Below are positions 54,937 through 63,998 of a DNA stretch of 64,000 nucleotides, in pieces. Under the pieces are notes generated by a model. That model ran no database searches. It was not told the DNA's origin and worked only from the letters and a program-made list of their open reading frames with translations. Within the stretch, counting starts at the first letter, position 1; each line of letters starts with the position of its first letter. The position numbers and the translations under genes were made by a program. Source of the DNA: an uncultured Gemmatimonadales bacterium (GTDB taxonomy: Bacteria; Gemmatimonadota; Gemmatimonadetes; Gemmatimonadales; GWC2-71-9); contig CAWGSK010000007.1 in the NCBI GenBank assembly GCA_963825055.1, positions 32,001 to 96,000 of the forward strand. The letters are read 5' to 3'.

Positions 54937-56598
54937 TCAGAATGGCTTGAAGCCGGGGCTCCCGTATCGGGTCAGGTGGAAGATGTCCCAGAGCGGAATT
55001 GCATAGGCGATGATCGCCACGACCACGGCGATGATGAACCACAGCCCCAGCCGGTCCCAGATCCCCGACTTGTACCCGCCCTCCGGCTCGCTGAGCGCCT
55101 CCGCCCACTCGATGGCGGCCGGCACGGTCTTCTTCCCCGCCAGCAGGGTGCCCAGCATGACCATCACGAAGAGCGCCGCGCTCGCGAAGAGCACGATGCC
55201 GCCCACGGCCGAGATATCGGTGACCCAGCGCCAGGTCTCGGCCTGGGGCGCGCCGTTGTAGTCAGTCTGGAAGATCCGCCGCGGCATCCCCATCAGGCCG
55301 GCGATGTGGTTGATGATGCCGAAGAGGCACATCCCGATGAACCAGAGGTAGGGCTGGACCTTCGCCAGAAGCCCGAGCTCCAGTTCGCGCCCGGTCACCC
55401 GGGGGACCAGGTAGTAGCAGGCTCCCATGAACGTGAGCGCGGCCGCGCTGCCCACCGTCAGGTGAAAGTGTGCGTGGATCCAGGCGGTATTGTGCACGAC
55501 GGAGTTGAGCGCGTAGGCCGCGTTCACCGCGCCGCCGAAGCCCCCCACCAGGAACAGCAGCATCGCGAGCAGGACGCTCGCCACCGTCGGGTCTCCCCAG
55601 GGAAGGCGGCGGATCCAGCCGAAGAGGCCCGTGCCGCCACGCAGCCGGCCCGCCACCTCGAGCGAGGCGCAGATCGTAAACGCCGTCACCAGGCTCGGGA
55701 ACGAGATGATCATCGTATTGAACGTGTGGAACAGCTTCCAGGAGCTGGGGATACCCGGATCCTGGAACTGGTGGTGCAGCCCGACCGGCACGGAGAGAAT
55801 CAGGAACATGGTGAACACCATCCGGCCGAGCGGGTCGGAGAAGAGCTTCCCGCCCGCGAGCTTCGGCAGCAGGGTGTACCAGACGGTGTAGGCTGGCAGG
55901 ATCCAGAAGTACACCAGGGGATGCCCGAAGAACCAGAACAGGGTCCGCGCCAGCAGCGGATCCACCTTGTCCGTAATCCCGAGCGACCATGGGATGAGCT
56001 GGAAGAGCATCTCCGAGGCCACGCCCATGGTGGCCAGGAGCCAGAGCATGGCGTTGGCCGCGGTCGCGTGCATCGCGAGGCTGGTGACGCCCTGCCGCCT
56101 GCGGGACTCGCGCCAGGAGGCGATCATGCTCGCGCACCAGCCCCACGATCCCACCACCACCAGCGTCAGCCCGATATAGAACAGGGGGTGCGCCTGGAGC
56201 GGCGGATAGAAGGTGTAGAGCACGCTCGACTTGAACGTGAGGATGGTGTACGCGGCCATCACCGTGCCGGCGACGGCCAGCCAGAACATTGCCCAGCCGA
56301 AGCGGGCCCAGGTGATGTGCCCGTTCTCCTTCCGGGCGATCACGTAGCCGTAGCCCATGATGAAGAAGGTGGTGAACACCAGCGCCATCAGGACGCCATG
56401 CGCGGTGACCGACATGTAGTACATCCGCGCCGAGCGGAACGGCAGCTCCAGGTTCGCACGGCTGAGCGCCTGCATCACCGCCATGGCCGCGGCGACCCCG
56501 AAGGCAACGATGGCGACCCAGAAATGGCCCGTGATGAGGCGGCGCTCGCTGCCGGCAGCGCCTTCCTGGCCGGTCGTGGTGGCCTCAGTGCCCGTCAT
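54937..56598 (-). CDS. cbaA: B-family (ba3-type) haem-copper oxygen reductase subunit I
   Basis: TAHGVLMA, FWFFGHPLVYFW, LPAY..WY, GLHHQF, PSLVTAF, HNTAWIHAHFH. Confidence 0.9.
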   Translation of the reverse strand: MTGTEATTTGQEGAAGSERRLITGHFWVAIVAFGVAAAMAVMQALSRANLELPFRSARMYYMSVTAHGVLMALVFTTFFIMGYGYVIARKENGHITWARFGWAMFWLAVAGTVMAAYTILTFKSSVLYTFYPPLQAHPLFYIGLTLVVVGSWGWCASMIASWRESRRRQGVTSLAMHATAANAMLWLLATMGVASEMLFQLIPWSLGITDKVDPLLARTLFWFFGHPLVYFWILPAYTVWYTLLPKLAGGKLFSDPLGRMVFTMFLILSVPVGLHHQFQDPGIPSSWKLFHTFNTMIISFPSLVTAFTICASLEVAGRLRGGTGLFGWIRRLPWGDPTVASVLLAMLLFLVGGFGGAVNAAYALNSVVHNTAWIHAHFHLTVGSAAALTFMGACYYLVPRVTGRELELGLLAKVQPYLWFIGMCLFGIINHIAGLMGMPRRIFQTDYNGAPQAETWRWVTDISAVGGIVLFASAALFVMVMLGTLLAGKKTVPAAIEWAEALSEPEGGYKSGIWDRLGLWFIIAVVVAIIAYAIPLWDIFHLTRYGSPGFKPF

Positions 56599-57124
56599 GG
56601 CTCGCCTCGCTCACGGTGAAGGGAATCGGACCGGGCGCCGGGGCCTCCCAGGCGTCGGACGGGACGACATGCATCTTGCCGGACATGGTATGGTGCCCGA
56701 TGCCGCAGTATTCGTTGCAGGCGATCAGGTACTCCCCTTCGCTGAACCGGGTGGTGAACTGGCTCACGTAGCCGGGGATGACCATCGACTGGCCGTTCGT
56801 GCGGACGATCTCGAAGCCATGTATCACGTCAGGTGAGGTGACGTGGAACGTGACCGGTTTACCGGCGGGCAGCGTGAACTCCGACGGAAGCCATACGAAC
56901 ATCATGCCGACGAGGGTCACGTGGATGTTGCCCTTCTCGTCCACCGCGACCCCCTGCCGGGCGAAGCGCGGATCGCGCAGGACCGTCGTCGGGTCGATGG
57001 TTTCGACGTGACTCGGCGGGGCGATCTGCTTCGTGATGGCCGTGAACGCCGTACTCGCGAAGAAACAGGCGAGGATCACGGCCACGCCCCACATCCAGAC
57101 CTTCTCGTAGAGGTCTACCTTCAT
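56585..57124 (-). CDS. cbaB: ba3-type oxidase subunit II (CuA)
   Basis: Single TM helix, TSPDVIHG, CNEYCGIGHHTM. Confidence 0.9.
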   Translation of the reverse strand: MKVDLYEKVWMWGVAVILACFFASTAFTAITKQIAPPSHVETIDPTTVLRDPRFARQGVAVDEKGNIHVTLVGMMFVWLPSEFTLPAGKPVTFHVTSPDVIHGFEIVRTNGQSMVIPGYVSQFTTRFSEGEYLIACNEYCGIGHHTMSGKMHVVPSDAWEAPAPGPIPFTVSEASHDGH

Positions 57125-57261
57125 GGCGTCACCGGCTGGCGGGCGAGGAAGATGAAGGTGTAGATCGCGAACCAGGCGATCACGAACAGCACCGCATACA
57201 GCCCCACGAACGCGAAGGTACCGATGGGGTGTTTCGGCAGGCCCGGCGGCATCTCGGACAT
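57121..57261 (-). CDS. cbaD: ba3-type oxidase small subunit IIa
   Basis: 46 aa, P.G...W...Y..FLAR single helix, GGGGAG RBS, ATGA overlap with subunit II. Confidence 0.75.
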   Translation of the reverse strand: MSEMPPGLPKHPIGTFAFVGLYAVLFVIAWFAIYTFIFLARQPVTP

Positions 57262-57371
57262 AGGAGGGTTCTCCCCGGTGAAAGAGGGTGGCGCAGCGGG
57301 GCTCTCCGGCCCCGGGTCTGTCGGGAAACGCACCTAAGGTATGGCAAACCTGTGAAGTTCACTGCAAGGAA

Positions 57372-59216
57372 TCATGAAGAATCAGCCGGGGGCGCACCAG
57401 ATGCGCGCAGGGCGTTCACGATCACGAGAAGGTCGATGCCCTCCTGCAACAGGGCGCCGGGCGTGGGGGCGATGATCCCCGCGGCCGCCAGCACCATGGC
57501 CGAAAGGCTCAACCCCATCCCGATGCCGACGCTCTGGCGGGCGATCCGCATGGTGTAGCGGCTCAGCCGGATGGCGAGGGTGAGGTGGGCGGGATCGTTC
57601 CCGAGCAGCACGAGATCGGCTGTCTCCGCGGCGATCCCTCCTCCCCCGGCTGCCAGCGCCACCCCGACGTCCGCCGCGCCCAGTGCGGGTGCATCGTTGG
57701 TCCCGTCCCCGACCATCGCCACCCGCTCGCCCTCAGCCCGCAGCCGGTGCATGATGGCCACCTTGGCGGCCGGGAGCAGGTCGCCGTGGGCCTCGGTGAA
57801 GCCGGCTGCGCGGGCCACCTCATCCACGGCGGCGGCATGGTCACCCGAGACCAGGACGAGCCGGTGCACCCCGAGGCGCCCCAGCTCCTCCAGGAAGTCG
57901 CGGACACCCGGACGGAGCATATCCCCGTACTCGAGGACCGCCGCCGGTTCACCGTCGATCACCACGTACGCACAGGCGTGGTCCCCTGACGCCAGGGCGT
58001 CCAGCCTGGCGGCGGGCGAGGGGTGGTGCTCGCGGATGAACGAGGGGCTTCCCACCCAGACGTCGTGGGCCTCCGCGGTCCCGCGGACACCCTCCCCGGG
58101 CCATTCCCTGATTTCCCCGGCCAGCACCACCTGCATCCCGGCTTCGCGGGCTGCCGCCACCACCGGGGCGGCCATGACGTGGGAGCTGCCGAGCTCGACG
58201 CCGGCGGCGAGTCGCAGGATGTCCGGCCTCGTGAAATGGTCGGCCGCCTGCACGCCCACGATCCGGGGCTCGCCACCGGTGAGGGTGCCGGTCTTGTCGA
58301 AGGCGGCGGCCGTAATGGACCCCAGCTGCTCGAGCGCGGTCCCGTTCCTGAAGATGAGCCGCTGGCGGGCGCCCTGGTTGATGCCGCCGATGATGGCGAC
58401 CGGGACCGCCAGGAGCAGGGGGCACGGCGTTGCCACCACGAGCACCGCGAGCACCCGGGATGAGTCTCCACTCACCAGCCACGCGATTGCACAAGCTCCC
58501 AGGGTCAGTGGAGTGAACCAGACCGCGTATCGGTCCGCCAGCCGCTGGAAGGGAGACTTGCTGGCCTGGGCGGAGCGGACCAGCTCGACGATCCGGGCGT
58601 ACTGGCTTTCCCCGGCGATCGCCGTGGCCTCGAGGACCAGCGCTGCCCCGTCACCGTTCTGGCTTCCCGACAGGAGGCTGGTGCCGGGGCCGGCGGAGAT
58701 GGGAAGGGGCTCCCCGGTGATGCGGGCGGTGTCCACCCAGGAGTGGCCCTCGCGGACAACCCCGTCGCAGGGAATCATCTCTCCCGGGCGGACGACCAGC
58801 CGGTCGCCCACTGCGATGGCGTCCACCGGGATGTCGTGTGCCTCGGGGTCGAGCCGGTGGGCAATCGTGGGTGCCAGCGCCTCGAGTTCCTGTACCGCGC
58901 GTGTCGCCCGGCCTTCGGCGAAGCGCTCGAGCGCCTCGCCTCCGGTCTGCATCAGGACGATGACCAGACCCGGGAGGGGCATCGCCAGGAGGATGGCGGT
59001 CACGATGGCAAGGGTAGCGACGAGGTCGGCAGCAAAACGGAGGTGGACCAGGCCGCGCGCGGTGCGCCAGACGACCGGGGCGCCGGTCAGCACGAGGCCC
59101 AGCAGCAGTACGCGCCCGCCGGCCTCGGGCCCTGCGATCCCCCGGACCACCAGCCCGGCGGCAAGGAAGGCTATGACGGCCGCCGGCAGGATCACCGCCC
59201 GCGGCAGGTGTTTCAC
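57372..59216 (-). CDS. Heavy-metal P1B-type ATPase, P1B-5 signature
   Basis: TGE, TPCP, DKTGT, GDGTND, QX4GX3SX3M, PX6QEX2DX5N. Confidence 0.9.
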   Translation of the reverse strand: MKHLPRAVILPAAVIAFLAAGLVVRGIAGPEAGGRVLLLGLVLTGAPVVWRTARGLVHLRFAADLVATLAIVTAILLAMPLPGLVIVLMQTGGEALERFAEGRATRAVQELEALAPTIAHRLDPEAHDIPVDAIAVGDRLVVRPGEMIPCDGVVREGHSWVDTARITGEPLPISAGPGTSLLSGSQNGDGAALVLEATAIAGESQYARIVELVRSAQASKSPFQRLADRYAVWFTPLTLGACAIAWLVSGDSSRVLAVLVVATPCPLLLAVPVAIIGGINQGARQRLIFRNGTALEQLGSITAAAFDKTGTLTGGEPRIVGVQAADHFTRPDILRLAAGVELGSSHVMAAPVVAAAREAGMQVVLAGEIREWPGEGVRGTAEAHDVWVGSPSFIREHHPSPAARLDALASGDHACAYVVIDGEPAAVLEYGDMLRPGVRDFLEELGRLGVHRLVLVSGDHAAAVDEVARAAGFTEAHGDLLPAAKVAIMHRLRAEGERVAMVGDGTNDAPALGAADVGVALAAGGGGIAAETADLVLLGNDPAHLTLAIRLSRYTMRIARQSVGIGMGLSLSAMVLAAAGIIAPTPGALLQEGIDLLVIVNALRASGAPPADSS

Positions 59217-59935
59217 GACCTGGCGGACTGATCCGTGCTGCGGCGGTGACGCGCCCTGTGGTTCTCGGGGAGGCGCAGCAGGAACCCGACGCCGCGGATG
59301 GTCTGGATCAGCGTCTGTCCCGCCGCCTTCGTCAACTTGCGCCGGAGATTGCCCACGTGAACGTCGACCACGTTGCTTTCAGGGTCGAAGTGCATGTCCC
59401 ACACCTTCTCCAGCAGCGTCGTGCGCTTCACGACCTCCTCCGGGTGCAGGAGGAAGTACTCCATGAGCTGGAATTCCTTCGGCGTGAGTTCGAGCGGTTC
59501 GCTCTCCACCGTGCAGCTGTGGCGGAGCCGGTCGAGCGACACGGATCCATAGCGGAGGACCTCAAGCTGCGAGGTGCCGCCGCGGCGGTGCAGGGCCCGG
59601 ATGCGCGCCAGGAGCTCGTCGAACTTGAAAGGCTTGGCCAGGTAGTCGTCCGCCCCGGCATCGAGGCCGCGGACCACGTCCTCGGTGCTGTCCCGTGAGG
59701 TCAGCATCAGGATCGGCGTGTCGCGCCCCTCGCGCCGCAGCTCGGCGGCCACCTGGAACCCGTTCTTCTTGGGCAGGACGATGTCCAGAAGGATCACGTC
59801 ATAGTCGTAGACGTGGGCCAGCATGGTGGCTTCATCGCCGTCCGGGGCGACGTCCACCACATAGCCTTCCTCCTTCAGGCCCTGCTCGATGAATCCGGCG
59901 ACCTTCCGGTCGTCCTCCACGACGAGAATCTTCAT
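59213..59935 (-). CDS. OmpR-family response regulator
   Basis: MKILVVEDD, LDIVLP, GADDYLAKPF, LTPKEF, SNVVDVHVGNLRRK, TIRGVGF. Confidence 0.95.
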   Translation of the reverse strand: MKILVVEDDRKVAGFIEQGLKEEGYVVDVAPDGDEATMLAHVYDYDVILLDIVLPKKNGFQVAAELRREGRDTPILMLTSRDSTEDVVRGLDAGADDYLAKPFKFDELLARIRALHRRGGTSQLEVLRYGSVSLDRLRHSCTVESEPLELTPKEFQLMEYFLLHPEEVVKRTTLLEKVWDMHFDPESNVVDVHVGNLRRKLTKAAGQTLIQTIRGVGFLLRLPENHRARHRRSTDQSARS

Positions 59936-59993
59936 AGTCGACAATCTCGGCAGCGGAAGCTGAAGTATAAAGGAACCGACCCTGAAGGTCGCT

Positions 59994-61277
59994 TCATGAA
60001 CGTCTTGCCGGGAGGTCGAGGTGGAAGCAGCCGCCGCGGCCGGGCCAGGCCTCCGCCAGGACGTCACCTCCCAGAAGGCGGGCGAGCCGGCGCGAGAGGG
60101 GCAGGCCGAGCCCGGCCCCGTGGCCTTCCTCGTCCGGATTGGTGACGTAGATGTCAAAGATGGCCTCCAGGTCTTCCTCCCGCACGCCGGGCCCCTCGTC
60201 CTCGACGGTGATCCGGATCGCGCCGGGCGCCAGCCGGGCGGTGACGGTCACGGTCGATTCCTGCGGCGCGTGCTTGATTGCGTTGGTCAGGAGGTTCCCC
60301 AGGATCTGCTCGATCCGGTTCTGGTCCGTCTGGCAGGTCGATACATCCTCGTCCACCTCCACCGCGACCGTCACCGACTTCGCCTCGGCCGCGGGCTGGA
60401 CCCTCGACACCGCCCGCTGGATGACCACGGGACAGCGGACCTCCCGGATCACCGGCTTGAGCCTGTCCTCGTCGAGTCGGCTCAGGTCCAGCAGGTCGTT
60501 GATGAGTTCGATAGCCTGCCCCGCAGAGTCGAGGACTTCATATGCCGCGGCAGGTACGCTGGTGGGATCCTTCCGACGGACCATCAGCTCCGCCCATCCG
60601 TACGTGGCTGCGAGCGCGTTCCGGAGCTCGTGGTTGACCATCGCGAAGAACCTTTCCCTCGCCCGGTGCAGGTGCTGTACTTCCTCGAGGAGGCGCGCGC
60701 TCTCCTCATGCAGTCGGGCGTTTTCCACCGCGGCCGCCACCTGGTTGGCGAAGAGCATCGCCAGACGCTCATCCTCGTCGGTGAACTCACCTTCCCCGAT
60801 CTTCTCGGTGAGATACAGGTTGCCGAAGACCCCGCGGCGCCCCGAAACCGGAACGCCGAGGAAGGACTTCATGACAGGATGGTGCTTCGGGAAGCCGTAG
60901 GAGTCGGGATGCGCGGTCAAGTCAGCGAGCCTGATGACCCTGGGATGCCTGATGAGGAGCCCGAGGATCCCCCGGCCCCGCGGCAGCGCCCCGATCCTGC
61001 GATGGGCGGCCGGCTCGATGCCGGCGGTCACGAAGCTGGAGAGGGAAGTGCCATCCTCCGACAGGACCCCCAGTGCGGCATAGCGCGCGCCAATGACCTC
61101 GGTGGCGGTCTCCACGACCTTCTGCAGCACGCCTTCCAGTGACAGCTCCGACAGAAGCGCGGTGCTGACGTCCAGGAGTCGCTCGAGGCGGCGCTGAGGG
61201 ATGGCGACCGGACCCTGGCCGCCCTCCGCCTCACGCCCTTTTCGCTGCCGCTGGCTCTGGCTTCCTGAAGTTTTCAC
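59994..61277 (-). CDS. Cytoplasmic GAF sensor histidine kinase (DosS/DosT-like GAF, HisKA core)
   Basis: ARYAALGV, LPRGRGILG, HPDSYGFPKHHPVMKSFLGVP, GNLYLT; NHELRN H-box, NLLTNAIKH, DEGPG, GAGLGL. Confidence 0.9.
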   Translation of the reverse strand: MKTSGSQSQRQRKGREAEGGQGPVAIPQRRLERLLDVSTALLSELSLEGVLQKVVETATEVIGARYAALGVLSEDGTSLSSFVTAGIEPAAHRRIGALPRGRGILGLLIRHPRVIRLADLTAHPDSYGFPKHHPVMKSFLGVPVSGRRGVFGNLYLTEKIGEGEFTDEDERLAMLFANQVAAAVENARLHEESARLLEEVQHLHRARERFFAMVNHELRNALAATYGWAELMVRRKDPTSVPAAAYEVLDSAGQAIELINDLLDLSRLDEDRLKPVIREVRCPVVIQRAVSRVQPAAEAKSVTVAVEVDEDVSTCQTDQNRIEQILGNLLTNAIKHAPQESTVTVTARLAPGAIRITVEDEGPGVREEDLEAIFDIYVTNPDEEGHGAGLGLPLSRRLARLLGGDVLAEAWPGRGGCFHLDLPARRS

Positions 61278-61357
61278 GGTCTCTTCATCTCCATGCGGGT
61301 AAGCTCGGGTCGTACTGTGCCCCGTCCCGTCCTCGGCTGTCCCGCTGCCTCCTGCCC

Positions 61358-62173
61358 ATGAATCTACGACGAATTGTCGCTGCGGTGGATGATAGTCCCG
61401 AAGGGAGGAACGCGGGGGCGCTCGCCGTACGGCTCGCCGCGCTGTCCCGGAGTACGCCCCTGCTCCTCAGCGTCGGGATGCCGGAGGACCCTGCCGTCTT
61501 CGTCGAGGAAGACTTCCCGACCGGCGCCCTTCCTCCAGCCAGGTCCCCGGGCGTGAGCGCCACCGAGGTCCGCCATGCGGTCCGCAAGGGGCTACCTTCC
61601 GTCGAGATCGCCCGGTTCGCCGAGGAGGAGCGCGCCGACCTGCTGGTCCTCGGACGGAAGCACCGCACGGCGCACGAGCGGCGCGTCAGGGGCGACACCG
61701 CCGATGCTGCGACCCGCCGCAGCCACATTCCCTGCCTGCTGGCCCCGGCGGGGAGTCAGGACATCCGGAGCGCACTCGTGGCGCTCGATGGGACGGATCG
61801 GGGCTTCCTCGTGTACCGCGAGGCCCGGGACTTCGCACGGACCTTCCGGCTGGACCTGCTGCCCCTGACTGTCGAACGGACATGGCCAGGTGAACCGAAC
61901 CACGCGAACGGAGTGCTCGATGCCCGGACGGTGCGCCTGATGGAACTTCTCCGGGAGACCGATTCTCCCAGGGCCAGGTGGCGGCCCAAGCCACTCCGGG
62001 TGGTGCGCGGCCTGCCGGTGTACGAGATCGGCCGGGCGCTTGACGAGTCCGGCGCCGACGTTCTCATCCTCGGCTATCATCGCGGCGGTCCCGCAGGCGT
62101 GCTCGACGGGACCAGTGTTGCCCGGCGGCTGGTCCACGGTGTCTCCACCGCGGTCCTGACGATTCCCCTCTGA
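61358..62173 (+). CDS. Tandem universal stress protein
   Basis: RIVAAVDDS..ADLLVLG..G and LVALDG..ADVLILG..GTSVA. Confidence 0.82.
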   Translation: MNLRRIVAAVDDSPEGRNAGALAVRLAALSRSTPLLLSVGMPEDPAVFVEEDFPTGALPPARSPGVSATEVRHAVRKGLPSVEIARFAEEERADLLVLGRKHRTAHERRVRGDTADAATRRSHIPCLLAPAGSQDIRSALVALDGTDRGFLVYREARDFARTFRLDLLPLTVERTWPGEPNHANGVLDARTVRLMELLRETDSPRARWRPKPLRVVRGLPVYEIGRALDESGADVLILGYHRGGPAGVLDGTSVARRLVHGVSTAVLTIPL

Positions 62174-62210
62174 GCTCCTACACTCCGCACCTCCGTCCTG
62201 CCTTCCGTCC

Positions 62211-62617
62211 ATGCCTCTCCTGACACGGTGGTATCTGCGCTCGGGCCTGGCCGGGGTCGTCCTTGCGCCCGCCGCAGGGGTTTTCGAGGCCTGGCCCCGG
62301 GGTAGGTCCGCGCCCGTACTCCTGCTGCGTCCGGCGGCCGTGCACATGCTGGTCGTGGGATGGCTGACCCAGGTCGTCTTCGGCGTGGCCCACTGGATGT
62401 TTCCCCCGCCGCGGGGCGAGAACCACAGATCGCCCGGGTTGGGTCACATGGGGACTCCTGAACCTCGGACTGACGGCGCGCGTGCTGGTGGAACCGTGGT
62501 TCTCCCCGGCGGCGGGAGCCCCCGGATCGTGGCTGCTACATGCTGGCGGCGGCCGCCCAGCTCGCGGCGGGATGGCTCTTCGCGCTGGCCATCTGGCCGC
62601 GAGTGCGGGGCCGCTGA
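62211..62617 (+). pseudogene. Small 4-TM His-containing membrane protein, two frameshifts
   Basis: The reading MPLLTRWYLRS..HMLVVGWLTQVVFGVAHWMFP / WGLLNLGL..VEPW / QLAAGWLFALAIWPRVRGR* requires shifts near 62435 and 62538. Confidence 0.65.
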
Positions 62618-62618
62618 G

Positions 62619-63040
62619 ATGCCATTGTGGAGCGCTGCGCTTCATCCGTACGGCATTTCTCGCCCTCGCCGCGGGTTTCAGCCTGGGGGCGGTACTGCTG
62701 CTCGCAAAGGCGGGATTCCTGCCTTCCCTGCCTCCATGGTTCCGGACGGCCCACGCGGAAGTGCTCCTCTTCGGCTGGTTCGTCCAGCTGGTGCTCGGTG
62801 TAGCCTGGTGGATCTTTCCCCGGCACATCGAGGGCTCCTCCCCGGGGCGACCCGCGGGTGATGCCCTCCGCATTCGTCCTGTTGAACGGCGGCCTCCTCC
62901 TGTACGTAACCGGCCTGGTCGCCACTTCCGGTCCGGCCCTGCTCGCGGGACGCGCGACGGAGGCACTGGCCGTGCTCGCGGTCGCCACGCAGCTCCTCAC
63001 GCGCATCCGCGGATCGCGTCTTGAGAGCCTCGCCCGCTAG
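62619..63040 (+). pseudogene. Paralogous small 4-TM membrane protein, two frameshifts
   Basis: The reading MPLWS / RFIRTAF..HAEVLLFGWFVQLVLGVAWWIFPR / FVLLNGGL..RIRG requires shifts near 62636 and 62855. Confidence 0.65.
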
Positions 63041-63822
63041 AAGTCCTTCCGGGCAAACCGCCGCGCTGCCCAGGCCAGGGGCAGGGCGGCCCAGCAGAGC
63101 AGGGCCCCACCCGAAAGAACCATCCCCATCGCGCTTCCGAAGAACCGCTCGAACACGGCGCCGGTGTACCCCATGAGCGCCGCGACGTCCAGCTGGAGGA
63201 GCAGGAGTATCCGCCCGAGGTCCACGGGGTTCAGCATCGTCAGCGCGAGAAGGGGACGCTCCAGCGGGTAATCGCCAAACGCGGTCACCACGAACAACAG
63301 CGCCCCGTCATAGAGCAGCGTCAGGACGAGCCAGAGCAGGATGCAGGCTCCGAGGCCCCGGGCGCGATCATCGATCAGGAGGGAGGCCAGGAAGGCGAGG
63401 GCGGTGAACACGACCGTCAGCATGACCCCGGTTCCGATCAGGACCAGCACCGGGGCCGTGGAGGCGCGTCCACCCAGATACAGGAAGGGTACACCCACGC
63501 CGACAGCGAAGGCCGCCGCGAGGGGAAGGGCGAGGCCGGCATACATGCCGGCGAACAGGGCACTCCGCCGGATGGGCTGGGCCAGCAGGAGTTCGACAAA
63601 GTCCCGGCTGTTGTAGAGATACAGGCTGCCGAACACGATGCTGACCAGCGGCACGAAGACCAGCACCACGCTCGAGAGGCTCAGGACCGCGCGCGGCCCG
63701 CCCCCCCCGAGTCGCAGCAGCCCGTCGGTCAGCAGGAGCAGCAGCAGCGCATAGCCGAAGAGCCAGCGGCTCCTCCGGGCGTTCTGCAGTTCGTAACGGA
63801 GGATCATGGCGACCGTGCTCAC
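63037..63822 (-). CDS. ABC transporter permease, NosY-like
   Basis: RSRWLFGY, YNSRDFVELLLAQPIRR, YPLE, NPVDLGR, AALMGYTGA, RKDF. Confidence 0.8.
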   Translation of the reverse strand: MSTVAMILRYELQNARRSRWLFGYALLLLLLTDGLLRLGGGGPRAVLSLSSVVLVFVPLVSIVFGSLYLYNSRDFVELLLAQPIRRSALFAGMYAGLALPLAAAFAVGVGVPFLYLGGRASTAPVLVLIGTGVMLTVVFTALAFLASLLIDDRARGLGACILLWLVLTLLYDGALLFVVTAFGDYPLERPLLALTMLNPVDLGRILLLLQLDVAALMGYTGAVFERFFGSAMGMVLSGGALLCWAALPLAWAARRFARKDF

Positions 63823-63998
63823 GCGCCCTCCCCGGTCATGAGGCAGGCGATGGCGCGCTCGAGCCGTCCTTCGCCCGTCACCCGGGCGAGTTCCGCAACC
63901 GAGCCGTGGAACCGGACCCGCCCCTCGATCAGGAACGCCACGTCATCCACCAGTTCGTCGAGTTCGCTGAGCACATGGGAGGTGATGATCACCGACAG
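63819..63998 (-). CDS. ABC ATP-binding protein C terminus, NosF-like (partial)
   Basis: Manual translation LSVIITSHVLSELDELVDDVAFLIEGRVRFHGS..TGEGRLERAIA*. The stop overlaps the permease GTG. Confidence 0.75.
   Translation of the reverse strand: MSVIITSHVLSELDELVDDVAFLIEGRVRFHGSVAELARVTGEGRLERAIACLMTGEGA

Noticed and set aside
54937..56598. Nitric oxide reductase (because of the nearby nos-like genes)
   Set aside because: It keeps the HPLVY cross-link Tyr and the B-family proton-channel residues, which fits an O2 reductase.
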